A stretch of 64,000 nucleotides of DNA, taken from the NCBI RefSeq assembly GCF_009914755.1, contig NC_060929.1. One strand, given 5' to 3'. The notes beneath the pieces are model-generated. The model made no database searches. It was not told the DNA's origin and saw only the letters and a program-made list of their open reading frames with translations. Below are positions 15,151 to 31,680 of this stretch, one piece after another. The stretch's first letter is position 1. Each line of letters opens with the position of its first letter. Origin of the DNA: the human T2T-CHM13v2.0 reference genome, Homo sapiens. Made by a program: the position numbers and the translations under genes.

Positions 15151-18100
15151 CCAAAATTCTGCCTTTTTTAAAAGTCAGAAACACATATATCTGGGGCCAA
15201 AGTCTAGACCAGTATAAATAATGCAAAATTTTTCTAGATAAGTGCCATTTTTGCTTACATATTCTATACTTATTTGCAATAAACAATATTGCATAACCAT
15301 ATACTCTTTAAAATGAAACATGATCTTGTCATTTTCCTATATTAACATTCCCTCACCCTTAACTTACAGCAGATATGATCAGAAAATACCTGAAAGAACA
15401 TTATTTTGCAGTAATGTAAAGAATGTTATGAGGGAAAAAAAAACTGACTTTCTGAGAGGCACACTGACAGACCTAAGTTAAAATGATAGATAAAGAAAAT
15501 TTATTCCCTGGGTGATCACATTTTCTCCATCTGCTGCATTATATTAGAAACCTGCTTAATTTGCTTTTCAAATGCTAGCTAACAGCTGGTCTAAAGGTTT
15601 TCGTATTTCCTTTTCATGGTCCAAAATTTGTATGTTGCCTTTTAAACTGAATTATCTGTTTGAAATAATAAAAATAAAATCACACAATGCTGAGCTATAG
15701 TAGTAATTTTGTACATTATCTTGTAGATAGGTGTTAATTTTATATGATTTATCTAGATTAATATAACAAAAAAAGTATATTGTTGTACCTTCATTCAGGC
15801 TTTAAATAAACCAGACCAAAAAACATATAATTGCCGTATCATATATATAGATATTTCAAATGTGCCATGATCAAAGTTGATATTATTAATATGTCAAACT
15901 TCATAAAGATTTGATAAAAACTTTGTATGAATTTAGATATTCTTAAGGATTTTTTTCTTCAACAAGAAGATATGCAATAAAATAATTTAATGTGTTTTAA
16001 AATATGTCTTTGCCTTTTTTAAAACTCTGATCTTAGGCAAAAATGTTAAAAGTGTTTTTCAGGTTATAAAATGTTCATGCATTATGAATTATAGATACTT
16101 GTTAGAAATGCCTTTTTTAGAAATGCCTTTCCTAGATTTTCTAACATATATAAAGTTAATAATAATTTCATAAAGTATGCTAGTGATTTATAAGCTGAGC
16201 AGATGTTATGATTCTGGGACCTTTCAAAGCTACTTCAGTGGAACATACAGTGGTTAAATATCTCCAATATTAATAATTGTTATAACAGACACTTATATTA
16301 TGTACCAATAATTTTTATAGTATTTTATAGTAGTTATATTTTCTTGAAAATGGTTAGTTTGAATATGCATTTGTTAAATACAAAAATAGATGATATAAAT
16401 TTAACTTCTTGGAAGTTCTAAAAACATTGGTGATATTGGAAGCCAGATTTGCTTGAATCTCGAGTTTTGAACAATTCACTTATTGAATCACTGGCCCAGA
16501 AAATGGACCTCTAGGCCCACACCGTGTGATGCCAGAAGCCATTGCCTCCGCCCTGGGGACTTTGTTTATCTAGATTTGAGAAAAAGGATCTGCGGTGCAG
16601 AGGCAATAAAGGTTCAATTGACATACAGACTAAGGTGGGATATAGAAACCTCCTGTTGGGACATGCTTAGATAAGGTTAAACACAGTTTCTCTATTCGTT
16701 TCTCATATAGTACAGATGTCTCTTTTTCATCCTGCAATTTCTGCTGCCCTGAATTATTCTTGTTCACAAAGCTGAGTTAGGGTGGTCCCTCTCTTCTAGC
16801 AGTGCCATTATGATTAAATGAATAGTATTCTGTTTTTCAAAGTTGTTACTTCACATTACAGAGATTCAACAATTGAAATAAAATTGTTTTTCTCCAGTGC
16901 TTTCTGTGTAATGGCTTCTACCAGTTACTTATTAATTCAGGAATAGATTTTTCCATCTCCCTGGGCTACAATTTTAACCTGCATTTGTGGGGATTTTTAA
17001 TCAAATGTTTCTCTCTGCTCCCTTTTGCATTTCCCAGTTCTAGCATTTCAGAGAAGAGATTTAGCCTCGGTCAAGATGCTTTAAAAGTCAGTATCTGTAA
17101 GTCTTAGACGGACACAGGATCTTAGCTCAGCTTTCATAGAATTCGTTTCTACTCAGTTGTTATGACAGATAAGAAGGAACTGGAAGACTTGCTAAGAAAC
17201 TAGGACCAGTATAGAGCTGCTATGTAGGTATTTAAAGCATCTAGATCATCTGCGCATCTGGGTTGCAAGGAATAGGTCACAGAACTAGTGGCTTCCAGGG
17301 CAGAGAAAAAATACAAATATAATAAGATCAGAAGCTGCATGCACACCAGGTGGAAGGAGTCATTTCTCAACATTGAGGTAAAAGTTTAGCATATTACAAA
17401 ATGAGACTGAAACCCTCCCAAAACACTAATGCTAGCTTGGACTTAGGTGAAGATGATTATGTCTACTCCAAATTTTACTTTTCCTGTTTAGGTAGTTAAT
17501 AGTCTCAAGACCCGGGATTGTAGGTGTAGGGAAATATGTCACAAGTTAAGTCACACAAATCACACAGGAGTCAGCCCGAACATCGTATTTTTCAAAAAAA
17601 ATTCTCTCATTCTAACAGAGTAGGTTATGTTTATCATTTGCTTTCATTCACACTGTGTGTATTATTACTCTCTCATTTATCCCTTATTAATTTGGTATCT
17701 GACATTCAATAAAACACATCAGTAAATATGTATAATATGAAGGAGTAAATGAATATACTGTTATCTTAATGTCAAGGAAGGAGTAGTTGAAAAAGTGAAA
17801 AGAGTGGATAAAAGTGTTATATGTTGCAAAAAAAAATCTTGTAGGTTTTGTTAATTAGGAGGCTTTAGCTAACCTTAGTGAGATAATTTTAATGAAGTAA
17901 GGAAAACATAACCTAAATTTAAATAGTAAAGAAAAGGTGATACGCTGGAAAAATGAGCATAGACTACTCCTTCTAGAGACATAAATATAAAGAAAAGAAG
18001 AAAGTTATGTGATAATTAGGGAAGGATATTCGGTGGATCAAAGAACAAGTTCAGAGAAAGAGAAATGTTAATGAAATAAGCATACTAGGAAATTGATTAA

Positions 18101-18164
18101 TTTCCTGTGTAATACAGCAGGGAATATGACACCAAATGCAGGTGGTAGTTGTAATTAGCTTTTA

Positions 18165-18590
18165 TCTGAGGTCAGATTCTCTGGAAGCAAGAACCTAGGA
18201 TAAGGATTTATGCACAAGTGATTCATTAAGGAAATGTTCTTAGAGAAACAGTAAAGAGAGTAAAAAAAAAGCATGATAGAAGAAAAGTCCAATAAGACTG
18301 TGATTTAAAGTGAAGTTGCAGCCCCATCCTTATTCTGCAAAAAATTCAAAAATGAAAATTACACATCAGAATATCTCTTACTTCTGGAAAGGTGGCTGGA
18401 CTTTCACACTCCTGTGTCACTGAGTCATTGGCTAGAGACTACCCTGGGAGGGCATAAAATCCCAGGGGAGAGCACTTTCAGTAGTCCATGGTTTCAGAGG
18501 CCCACGTTAAGAGCAAAGCTTCTGTGAGACAAAAGTGCAGAAAGGGAAAGGGAATCTGAGAGGATCTTCTATGCATAAAACTGACAGTAA
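18165..18590 (-). mobile_element. ERVL-type LTR (LTR16/LTR33-like)
   Basis: ggtcagattctctggaagcaag...gatttatgcacaagtgattcattaagga...gtcattggct. Confidence 0.55.
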
Positions 18591-18835
18591 CAGCTACAGC
18601 TTTGGATAGAAGTGGTTTGTTTTTTTTTCCTTTGATACAGAAGACAAAAATAGAGTTCAACATATTAAGTTTTTTAGGAATGCAAGAACTTAACGCAGTT
18701 AGTTTCAGATGGCTTCTGTTTTCTCATGGAGGTAGGTTGTGACTTCATCTGCTATAGCAAAGGAGGTTTAAATATTTTAAGAAGATCAGAGGAAAGGCTC
18801 AAACGATAGTAAAATATATAAGAAGAATAGCTCCT

Positions 18836-18838
18836 AAT

Positions 18839-18897
<59 letters not shown>
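18836..18897. repeat. Compound (TACA)n(CA)n(GA)n microsatellite
   Basis: Seen directly. Confidence 0.95.
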
Positions 18898-18900
<3 letters not shown>

Positions 18901-20109
18901 TTACTAAAATTGTAAAATCCACAGCTTGCAATAGACAATTCCGATATAAGACTTTATCAACACAATAAGGCTTGATCCCCTACAGAGGGATAGCTTACTG
19001 AATGCAACTAAAATAAAAATTCATATATGTCTAGAGTTCTAATCTGTTAATTTTCAGTAAAAATATAACTACTACATGGATAACACATCTTTTTGTCATA
19101 ATGTCTATTGAAATTTTCTCTTGCTTCCATATATTTTGAGGAGGCCAAGTTATAGTCAGAAGGGCTTAACGTGGTCAGATGGTTTTGCAGATGGGCTTAT
19201 AATACTTGAAGTATTTAGTTGGCTGTTGCTAATGATTATGGCTGAGATTTGCCTTTTGTTCTTCTTCCATGAGTAACCAACCCTTCCCAAACTTCGGGGT
19301 GTCACTCCTTACTGACATTTATTAATACATTCAATTAGGTTTCACTTAAGTTTAACCCAGCAGGTGACATTCAGCTCTTTCAGATGACTTTGAATAACTG
19401 TGTTTCCACTCACTAATGTTGGTTTTTGAAGTTTAATTTTCATGGCAATAATTTCAAGAAGAGACTTGTAAAGGAAAACACTAGCAAAGTGAAAAATAAT
19501 TGATATAATAAGTTTCTAGTTGCAAAAATTGGAGAAAAACACAAAATCCAATATCTCACCACCTATTTACATTTGTAAATTATTTCACAGAAATGATTAA
19601 TAGCATTTTTACTATGAAATTTAAAGGCAATGTCATTTGATGAGTGTAGCAGAAATTAATTCAGGGTTGGAATTGTTTTGTGAGAAATGGAAACAATAGA
19701 CTAAAAAAATGTACACAGATAATACACTGAGTAAACTTAAGAACTTAACTCAGGAGTGTGCCTGGAAACATGATTGAGCAAGTTTTGGATGTAGGACAGG
19801 GCAAGGGAAATAAGTATGCCTGGAATACGTAATCTAAAAAGTGAAAAACTACCTGAATAGGTAAATTCGTGACTCCAGGAAAATAAAAAATTGACATTGA
19901 ACAAAATAATGTTCTATGGAACAAGAATCTGATGTACAGTTGAAGTTGTTATAAAAGAACAGGTGGGATGAGGTTGATGAATAGGGAATAATGATGAGAT
20001 AGAAGGATAATAGAACTCAAGATTTCAGAGTTGTTAAAAGTAGGAACAGATCTGTGTGTTAAGGGTAATTGAATAAATGAATTAAAGAGGAAAATGATTG
20101 TTTCCTTAA

Positions 20110-20400
20110 AAGTTGACATTAAACTATGCATATATGAATACCAGGAAATACTACTCAGCTATAAAAAGTAAAATATTTCTGATATATGCAACAACCTGGA
20201 TGAATCTCTACAAAATTATACTGAGTAAAAAATGTTACTAACATAAAATTAAGTACTGTATAGTTCCATTTATATGACTGTCTTGAAATGGCATAATTAC
20301 AGAAACAGAAAAGAGAGCACTTGTTGCCAGGGATTAAAGGCAAGAATAATGAATGGGGAGGCTGGAAAGGATGTGGACCTGGCTGAAGCATTATTGCTTG
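20110..20400 (+). mobile_element. L1MC/MD-type 3' fragment
   Basis: atactactcagctataaaaag...gcaacaacctggatgaatctc...ttccatttatatga...gttgccagggatt. Confidence 0.7.
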
Positions 20401-21632
20401 AAGATAATTAAATGTAGTTGAAAAAAATGGTTTTCGACACCCACAGGTCAACTAGAAGCATACTAACCACTTTCTTGGTCTTATTATCTGGTAAGAGAAA
20501 TTATAGATTAAGGAATATCCTTCACTCATGGATGCTTCAAAGAAATTCATATTATGCTAAGAGAGCAAAAGGACAGCAAAAAAAATAATAATAATTGACA
20601 ATGCTCAGTGATGAAATGAAGGAATTGTTTTAATGCAAAGAGGGCCAGACATCAGAGAAGAGTTTGAGACATAAGTCGGTTATGGAAGTTTCATTTCATT
20701 ATGGGGATTACATGTGGTGAAAGAGGAAAGATGTATGACGCTGCCTGTATAAAAGAGTCTTATGGCCATTTCATCAACATCTGATTACATTAGTCCTAGT
20801 CCCAGTAGAAATTTCCATCTCTGTCAAACTTGCAATGATGAAGAAAACTGACTGATTGAGACAAGTGAGAATTACAGTAAAAACAGTGTTATAATTAGAG
20901 ATTACTAAAGGGTTTCTTATGATGTAAAATGAGTCATCAAACTGCAAGGAAATTAGAGGATTGATATGTAGATTATGGGGCCATCTGCTGAAAAGTATAG
21001 ATTTATTTTCTTTATCATGGATGCATATACTCTTTGAGATTTGGCATTGTAAAACCTCTGAAATTTTTATATGACTGCACACATACACACATTTACAGAT
21101 CATGAAAATGCCTTTGTACTTAAAGTATCTTCACCCTTAAAAACAAATGAGTCATCATCTTGGTCCTCTGTATTACAGTACATTTGAGTCAGTTTCAATA
21201 ATTAAGGTGATCAAAATATAAATTTGATAAAATAGTTGTATCACATTAAAATAATAAACATTCTTAACAATTGGTATATTAAACTGAAATTCACATTATA
21301 AAAAGACATGCACGTGTGTGTAAGTTAATATGCATTATACATGGTCACATATACTACAGATTTGATCTATCCATGTGTACACATACATAAAGTATTCTTT
21401 TTCAATTTCTTTAAACTAATCATTACTGTGCCAAAATAAAAGGTAAGCTTTACCCTTCAAGAAAATCAGGAAGACAAGCTTTTCTATCATGAATCTCTAC
21501 AACTCCCCCTACCATATGTGTGATATTTACACAAGGTGATTTTCTAGTTCCAAAGGACTGGTCCTCTTTGTTTCCTCCTGGTTGCTGGAGAGGGAACCCA
21601 AGTGTGATCCCTTTGGGACTTCCAATCCCTCT

Positions 21633-21778
21633 ACTGCTGCTATAAGTGACAGAATATATAATGCTACCTCTGGCCATGTTGAAAGTCCAGTGTAGATACA
21701 GAAACCACTGCTACCATAAATGACAGAATATTATGCTACCTCCGGCCATGTTGAAAGTCCAGTGTAGATACAGAAACC
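21633..21778. repeat. Tandem duplication, two copies of 74 and 72 bp
   Basis: Copies at 21633-21706 and 21707-21778, both ending ggccatgttgaaagtccagtgtagatacagaaacc. Confidence 0.95.
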
Positions 21779-22935
21779 TAGGCAGTCTAAAGGTATCCCC
21801 TGCTTTCTGCGACAGTCACTTTTGGTGCTTGAAATTTCTGTTATTGATGAAAACAATCACTTATTCTGATGACAGTCATGGAATAAATTTCCTCTTGTCA
21901 AAATTAGTATTTGAGGTTACCATATTTTTCTATTTCACTTATATTATTTCTGTGATGTTCAAGTAAATTGTGTCAATAAAGGCACAGCATTTTTAAAAGG
22001 GTGAATGAAAAGCCATTTTCTGTGTTTAGAAGTAGTAAACAATATTTGCCACCAAATGTTGCTTTGTTGTTAAACACGTTTTTCTCAAAAGTAGTTAAAG
22101 TTGTAAATATATTTATCCATGACAGACAAGCATATGGTTATCTTGCTCAAAGGAAATAAACAGCTGTTGTACCCTAAAGTTATAAATATGTTGGGAAGTA
22201 CCACTATTTTGGGATTATATAGATGAGGAGTATTATAACTTCTAAATAACTGATATTGTTGTATTTAATTGAATACTTGTCATGATTGGATAAACCTCCA
22301 GCAATCATAAAGATTTTAGTTGTTGTTATAGTTTTTTCATAAAAATAAAATTAATTCTATTATTTTAATGCAATATATAATATCGACCTAAGGTATGGAA
22401 AGTTATAGGAATGGAGATTTGAAAATTGCAAGGAAAGCAACTTTTGAAATATATCATTTTGGTGGAGTATGTCTGTTTGTAGAAAGCAAAGTAGAAACCC
22501 AGACGTGTCTTTTCATGCCTGTCATTTTCAATGCTTCCTGTACTTAAACTATAATTTATCACTTTTTACCATCTCTTTGCACTCAAACTCTGGAAAAGTG
22601 CATTGAGCGTACAGTAACAATTATTTCTATTCTTTCTTCATACGTTCAACTTTCCCTGACCCTTTTAATTTTTCAGCCTAATTAATCTTAAGTTTAGTTG
22701 GTGGATTAATAAAAAATATATTTTTAAATGAATATTTTGATGACCTGATGGGCTTAAGATTACAGGGTGACTTTCAATTATAAATGTAAAATTTCATTAA
22801 TTTTTATATAAAAAGTTTAACATATGACTTAAGTATCATATTGGCTTTAAAATATCTATATTCAATTTATTGAAGTTTCCTCAACTCTAAAGTTTAATTT
22901 TCATATGGTAAAAATTAAATATAAAAACTAAATTA

Positions 22936-23228
<293 letters not shown>

Positions 23229-24144
23229 CTAAGTTAATGTTATATAGTGCTTATAATAACATGCTTATTCAATAATGACTTGATATAACATTCAAAGCTG
23301 TAGGTCAAAAGTTAAATTTACATACCTTAATTTTGGTACTATACCTTAGGATATTAAATATAATCATAAAAGACTTGAACTATGCATACAAAATAATCAA
23401 CAACAGATTATTTCTATTCTTTAAATTATTATGTACAATTTGTATTCTGTTGCACAAGCTACCTCTGGATTAGATTGAAATCCATCTAAAAAATATTTTA
23501 GAATAGGTCATAGAGTATGTAAGTTTTAAAATGTTTGATAAGAACAATAAGATCTATGTTAAAATAGCCAATAATTATTGTTATTTTCTCATGTTTTCAT
23601 TTATTCCATTGTTTACTGACCTTTCAGGCACATAAAATAGGATTTAATTTCCTACTTGGTGCATAGTACTTAATATTAGATAATCGATTAGTTATAAATA
23701 GAAAACCTATGAAAATTAATTTGGCTTAAAACCATTATTGATAATGTAACAAGAAATTCGTAAAATAAAAGGTTAACTTTTGTTAATGTCTTCTAAATGA
23801 ATCTGTGCTTCAATGCTGAATGTACAACATCAGCAATAAGATTCAGAGAAATCACACAACTTGCTTTAATTTTTTTTATTTGTAAACTAAGGAAGAGCAC
23901 TGTTGGGAAAGTCTCATTGCATATTTATGTGAAGACCTTTTATTTTTATAGTTTCTAATATATATTTTAAAAATAATTATAAATATTTTGCAAGTAACAG
24001 ATTTCTGTAATTATTCCATACATTGTGCGTGAAATAGTAAACACTACTGCTACTTTAAAAATACCTAAATATGGATTTTGATATATAGATAATACTATAA
24101 TTTACTAGATATATATTATACTCATATTTCAAAGTAGTATCAAT

Positions 24145-24300
24145 TGCTCAGTGGTTAAGAATACGAACCTGAATGATTAAATGGGTTCAAACTTACAACC
24201 ATGAACAATTTATATAATCTGTTGGCCTTGGTTTCTTGATCCATATAAAACTGGCATAGTAATTATATTTACAGTATTTGGTTCTCACAATTACCTTGAA
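24145..24300 (+). mobile_element. Degraded MIR
   Basis: cagtggttaaga...gggttcaaa...ccttggtttc...taaaactgg..atagtaat. Confidence 0.45.
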
Positions 24301-25009
24301 GTAGCCAAGGTATACTTTAAGTATATAAAAATATGCATACTGTTAATATTTTATATATAGATATTTATGGAATGAATATACTAATTTTTATTGTATATGT
24401 TATTTCTCACAATATGACTACTCTTGTTGATTCAAAAGAACCCTTCTCAGAGAAATTTGAAGTGAAAATATGGGTTAGTGCCTTTTTAAACCTGAAGTAA
24501 CTGTCTTTGATCAATATAAACCTTGAGAATAGATACTGAAACAGCAAATGGGTATACTGTTGTTTTCACTACAAATGGATCATAGAAGAGATTTTGCAGA
24601 ATAACACTCAGCTGACAAGATCCTAGCAAGTACATAAAAATTCCCTTCATTTCTGATGTCAGTGTGAAGTCCACTTAAGTGCACAATTTCGTGATTGACT
24701 AGTCATTGTCCTTGGTTGAATTTATTTGAAGTGATGGTAAAAAGATCTTTGGTTTTCCAGCTGCTGCTCAGCAGCCATAAATCTATATGGAAAATACCAA
24801 TTCCAGTGAGGTCTTAAACTTTAGATTACACATGTATCTTTAAGGCAAGAGTGCAACAATTCTAAATGCATCAATGTTGCATAATAGAACTTGCAAATTA
24901 GCTTTTCAGTCAGGAAAGACTGATTCTTTATTCAAATAATTGCTTTTAAAATAAATAAAATGTTTGTATCTAGGCACCACAGAAATAAACATTATAAAAC
25001 TAAAATTAA

Positions 25010-25294
<285 letters not shown>

Positions 25295-25867
25295 AATTTA
25301 TTTATTTGTTTGCTTTTCAGAGTTAGGGTTTGACAAAAGATACAGATATTTTTGGAGTTTTGTTACACATCTTGATCCTGATAGGTACTAAGAGTACAAA
25401 AACATTCAGGGACTATTGATATTAGAATACATGAAGATTAAAGAAATCAAAACACCCAAATCAATTTATATATTTGATGTGAAAATTAAGAAATTAGTTA
25501 TTTGACCCCACCTCAAACTGTGCTTCTTCCTGATTTTTTGTGTAGTTAACTCCATGAAAGGAAGTTAATTCCTGTACATTTATATTAATAACTATATATT
25601 TTTATGTTTATCTCTGAAAAATATACAGACTAGTATTTTACAGGGAATTTTTATCTCTCAGAAAATGAGTGTCAGTAATAATTATGACTATTTCTCAAGA
25701 TGTGCAAGATAAATGATTTGAAGTAAGGAAGAGATTATGTAAAAAACGCAATTCAAATATAATAAATATTTGATAATAGTATTTTCCAGAACACAGACTA
25801 GAGCAGCCTGTTCATTGTTCTTGTAGTGGTGTTTATAAGAACAAATTGAGGCTCATATCTGAATTAA

Positions 25868-26770
25868 TGTGTTAGTTACCTATTGCTGCATAGCAAATTA
25901 CTCCAAACTTAGTGGAGTATCTCTTAGTTTATCAAACTATTATCTCATAGTTTCAGTAGATTAGAAATATGGAATGCACATTAGTTGAGTCGATCTTGCT
26001 CAAGTATTTAATGTGGTTGCAGTTAACATACTGGCAAAAGCTACTGTAGGTCTGAAGGTCTAAAGCTTTGAAAGATGCTCTGCCAAAGTGGCTCACTCAG
26101 GTGGCTCTGGGCAGAAGGCCACAGCTTTGGTCTATTGGCCTTTGGCAGCCTCAATTCTTTGTCATGCGGGTTTCTCCATAGGCTGCTAAAATGTCTTCAT
26201 GTCATAATAGCTATCTTCCTTGACAATAACTGCTGTGAAACAGAGAGCAAAAAGAAAGCCACAGTGATGTTTATGATGTGGATGCCTAAGTTACAGATCA
26301 TCACTTCTGCCTTATACTATTCATTAGAAGCAAGTAACTATGTTAAGCCCACGCTCGAGGAGGGGGGTGTTAGGTTTTACCTCTTGATATTTGAAGTATC
26401 AAACCATGTGTGGTCATGTAAAACCCAACCCAGTTCACCCTCTAGCCACAGACTATTTATATTTATCCCATATGCAAAATATATTCACCCCCTCACAAAG
26501 GCCCCACGGATTTTATCCTATTATACAATCAGCTGGAACTTCAGGATATTGCCATCTAATTCAGTTCCATGTGTGGATGGAGCTCATCAGGTGTTGTTTC
26601 TTAAGTACATCTTGATTGCACTTCCTCTTGATCTAAAGATTAGTGAATTCAAGATACATATTTTTTTTCACTTCATATAACCCACATGCAATGGTGGACA
26701 GACCTAGCATAACACACACAGATAACTCTTCAAAAAGAGAAAAACAGAAGATACACGGTAGTCACACCCT
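25868..26770 (-). mobile_element. MLT1 (F/G/H-like) MaLR LTR plus adjoining internal fragment
   Basis: tgtgttagttacctattgctgcatagcaaattactccaaacttagtgg...atcacttctgcc; then catatgcaaaatatattcacccc (MLT1-int-like). Confidence 0.75.
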
Positions 26771-26849
26771 CTACACCATATGTCATATACTCTATGCATA
26801 TATACAGAATATAATATGCTTTATACACACACGTGTGTTTGTGTGTATC

Positions 26850-27975
<1,126 letters not shown>

Positions 27976-29769
27976 TAAATAATAAAGATGGAAAAATTGC
28001 TGAAAAACTGTTCTCAATTTCTAAACCAAATAAATCCTCTAGGTCATAATTAATGGGGGAACAGCTTGTTTCCAGTGAATTAAAAACAAAAAAAACTATA
28101 AATGTTAAAGCTGCACTCACCTAAGGGCCAGTAATATTTTGTGTGAATTATTCAAGGAGACTATAATACTGCAATATTATCAAGAATCTATTTTTATATG
28201 GAATTTCTTATTGGGCCTGTCCACAAGCCTGAGTAGAGTCAAACAAATATTTATACATGACAAATACTCATGTTTTTTAGTTATCAAAACTCTCTAATAT
28301 TCTCATCCTTAAATTATTCTGGACCAATTTTTTACCAAACTTTGATCAGCTATTTTTCTACCTGTTTCGCTCTTTAGGGTGGGTAACCCTTGAAATTTCT
28401 ATTTCATTTAAAATGAAAAAAGCCTACTGTGTAAATTGTTAAGGGCAATTTATTCTGACGATACTTCTCAAGTGAAGGATTCTCTTTACAAGCTTCATAA
28501 CAATGAATGGGAAAATGTATGTTTTCCAGCTCCTCGTCTGCTTATATAAAGAATCTATTTTAAAAACATCCTTCCCTCCAGTCTTTCTTGTGTGTTCATG
28601 GAACTGAGTATTGTGAAGCTATAGTAACTTTTCCTTGAAGTAACAGAAAAATATTCAAGTAGTTGAACTCTGATGTTGGGGGAAAATTTAAAAAAAAAAA
28701 AGAAATACTATTAAAAAAAAAAAGAACCATCCTAATCTTCCTGGTCATAAACCAAAGAAGTAAACAAGTTACCACGGAAGAGATTTCATGCCCAACAGTC
28801 AGCTAAAGCTTGGCTTCATGCTCAGACTTTTGAAATCCAGCCAGATCAGCATTTGTTCTGCTCCAGTACCCATGCTGAAAGTCAGCCAGTTCCTTAACTT
28901 GATCTTAAAAGTCTGTCAAAATCCTGAACCTTCCTAGATTCTAAAAGCCATTAAATTCCTTAACTCCTTAGACTTAGGGAAATTGTTTTCTACAAGTACA
29001 ATTCTCCCTGTTTAGTAGCACATTCAGATTTCTTTCAGATATATACCTGTAATGGTCCCTTCCCTCAACATCAACCCACAGTGATTGAAGATAGTCTTCA
29101 GCAAATAACTAGCCCAAACTCCTAAGTGAATAGCTGGAGAATTACTACAAAGCAACTAATCATAATATAGCTTTTAGTTAAAGTTATGGTTTAGGCTATG
29201 CATTTAGAATATCAAAGGAGAAAAAATAACTAAAAATCATCAAGTAGTAGAACAGCCTGAAGGAGAAAAAACTATACAGTGGAAAAATCACCAAAGGATA
29301 AGCATTTGGTCAAAAGAATATTACAGTCACTTAAAGAATATTTTAACATTTTGATTATTCCAATACCCGGGCCAGATCTGGGACCTGCCTCCATCTTTTT
29401 TGCAGTTCAGATAGCATAAAGTGTGAGTCAATGCCTGATAACATAATAATGGTACCATCTGGTCAGGTTCTACCTGACTCTTGGGCACATTCTTGAAATT
29501 ATAATACTTCAATTTCCAGTTATAAGTTACCATGTGTCATTTGGTTACACAACACACCATACTCTTTTTTTATGGACCCACACGTGCATTGTCACTCATC
29601 ATTCACTGAAGATGTTTACATATTTTACAATTTTATTTATGTTAATTATTTTTTCCAACTCAAATGTTATTCAATCATCAAATAATCTTCATCCATTTCT
29701 TGTTTTTTCTTCCCCTCTTATACCTCTTGTGAATCTTATTCACTTTAAAATCCCCTAAATCACAGCTCC

Positions 29770-30175
29770 TAGATTGGTAAAGGCATCCATTGCTGGGAAG
29801 GTGGTGCACCCCACCTCCATGAGAAGGAAGTTCTTATGCTGAGGAATCTTCACCTGGCTGTTCATTTGTGTGCGTTAAGTGTGTTGCAGTCTCCGAATTC
29901 TGAGCCATTGTAGTAAATTATTATTGAATTTGAGGAGGAGGTTGTGGAAACCCTCAACTTATAGCTGGTCAGTCAGAAGTACCATAGGCACAGTCTTGCA
30001 ACTGGCTTCTAAATGTGGGAAAGTGGAGAGGGGGTAGTCCTGTGAGATTTAATTATTTAGCTGTGAGGTCTGTGCTAACTCTGGGTAGCTAGTATTAGAA
30101 ATGATTTAAGTGTTGAATACCAGTTGACGTCTGGAGAATCAGTCAACTGGTGGTTGGTGCTAATAATCCCACAGA
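29770..30175 (+). mobile_element. MER21-like LTR fragment
   Basis: ggtggtgcaccccacctcca...ctggctgttcatttgt...ggtcagtcagaagtac...tgctaactctgggtag. Confidence 0.7.
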
Positions 30176-30960
30176 ACAAAGTCCACATACATTATCAAAA
30201 TGATTACCAAGATGGAATTATTCTTATGACTAAAATAAGTTTAAAACAAAAAAAGTACTATGGGTTTAATTTTATTTCATATTCTCTATCCTAATTTTAT
30301 TTTTAAGCCTCCAAGAGTTTTCTATTTCTTACCTTCCTAAAAATTCTGCCATCTTGACATATCCAAAACTAAAACAGAAAAAGACAAAATCTTCAGTCAT
30401 GGGCTGTGCAGGATTCAGGTGGTGAATGACTGATTATTGTCAAGTATGGTAAGTAGTTTCAAAATCCAATATATATAAACTACATGCATAATGGTGAGAA
30501 GCTTTTTGTCATTAACTTTATCATATGTTATGTTTCATAATTCTTGTGAATTTAATTATTGCATAGATGATTTTTTGACATTTAATACATTTTGCAGAAT
30601 TATTCTGCATTATTACTCATTATTCTGTCATTCTGTATATTCACATTATATGAAAATACATTGGTATTATTTGATATCTAGGCATTATTAAAATTCTGTT
30701 GTAACTAGTAATACCATCTATAGGTTGTCTTAAAGAAGGAATTAATCTGTACATTTAGGATAATCAATCCAGGACAGTTGGCAATATTATTTTATTGGAA
30801 TACCTTATGGTTCCTTTTATTTTTTAAATTTTTTGAAAAAGTTGTGGGTGGGAGCATGAAAAGAGCTACCAGTGCTTATCAATTGGTAAAACACAAATAT
30901 CTAGTGATAATAGGTGGCTATCAGAGATGATTAACTGTTTAACTCCTTTTCTATCTGGTC

Positions 30961-31265
<305 letters not shown>

Positions 31266-31406
31266 TTCTATCTGGTTCTTACATGCTGATATTATCTTTC
31301 TGGTTTTGTCAGCTTCTAAGATTCTAGGAGCCTATTGTTTTCACATATTACAGGAAAAAAATGCATCAGATAATGTCGATCACTAAACAGAAATATTATA
31401 TAAAGG

Positions 31407-31680
31407 GGCCAGGCGCCGTGGCTCACTCCTGTAATCCCAGCACTTTGGGAGGCTGAGGTGGGCGGATCACGAGGTCAGGAGTATGAGACCAACATGGTGA
31501 AAACCCGTCTGTACTAAAAATACAAAAATTATCTGGGTGTGGTGGTGCACGCCTGAGAATCACTTGAACCTGGGAGGAGGAGGTTTCAGTGAGCCGAGAT
31601 CGCGCCATTGTACTTAAGCCTGAGCGACAGAGTGAGACTCTGTCTCAAAAAAAAAAAAAAATTAAAAATAAAAAGAATTT
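31407..31680 (+). mobile_element. AluS (Sg-like) with two internal deletions
   Basis: Junctions gagacc|aacatgg and cgcctg|agaatc; TSD-like TATATAAAGG on both sides. Confidence 0.93.

Noticed and set aside
16420-16680. GC-richer patch as an LTR or exon
   Set aside because: No terminal motifs, TSD or convincing splice-bounded frame could be identified
21633-21778. CRISPR-like repeat-spacer reading of the 73-bp duplication
   Set aside because: Only two units, the would-be spacers are homologous to each other, the context is eukaryotic and there are no cas genes
26075-26680. 201-aa ORF as a novel gene
   Set aside because: Lies wholly within an antisense MLT1 LTR/internal sequence; no recognisable domain
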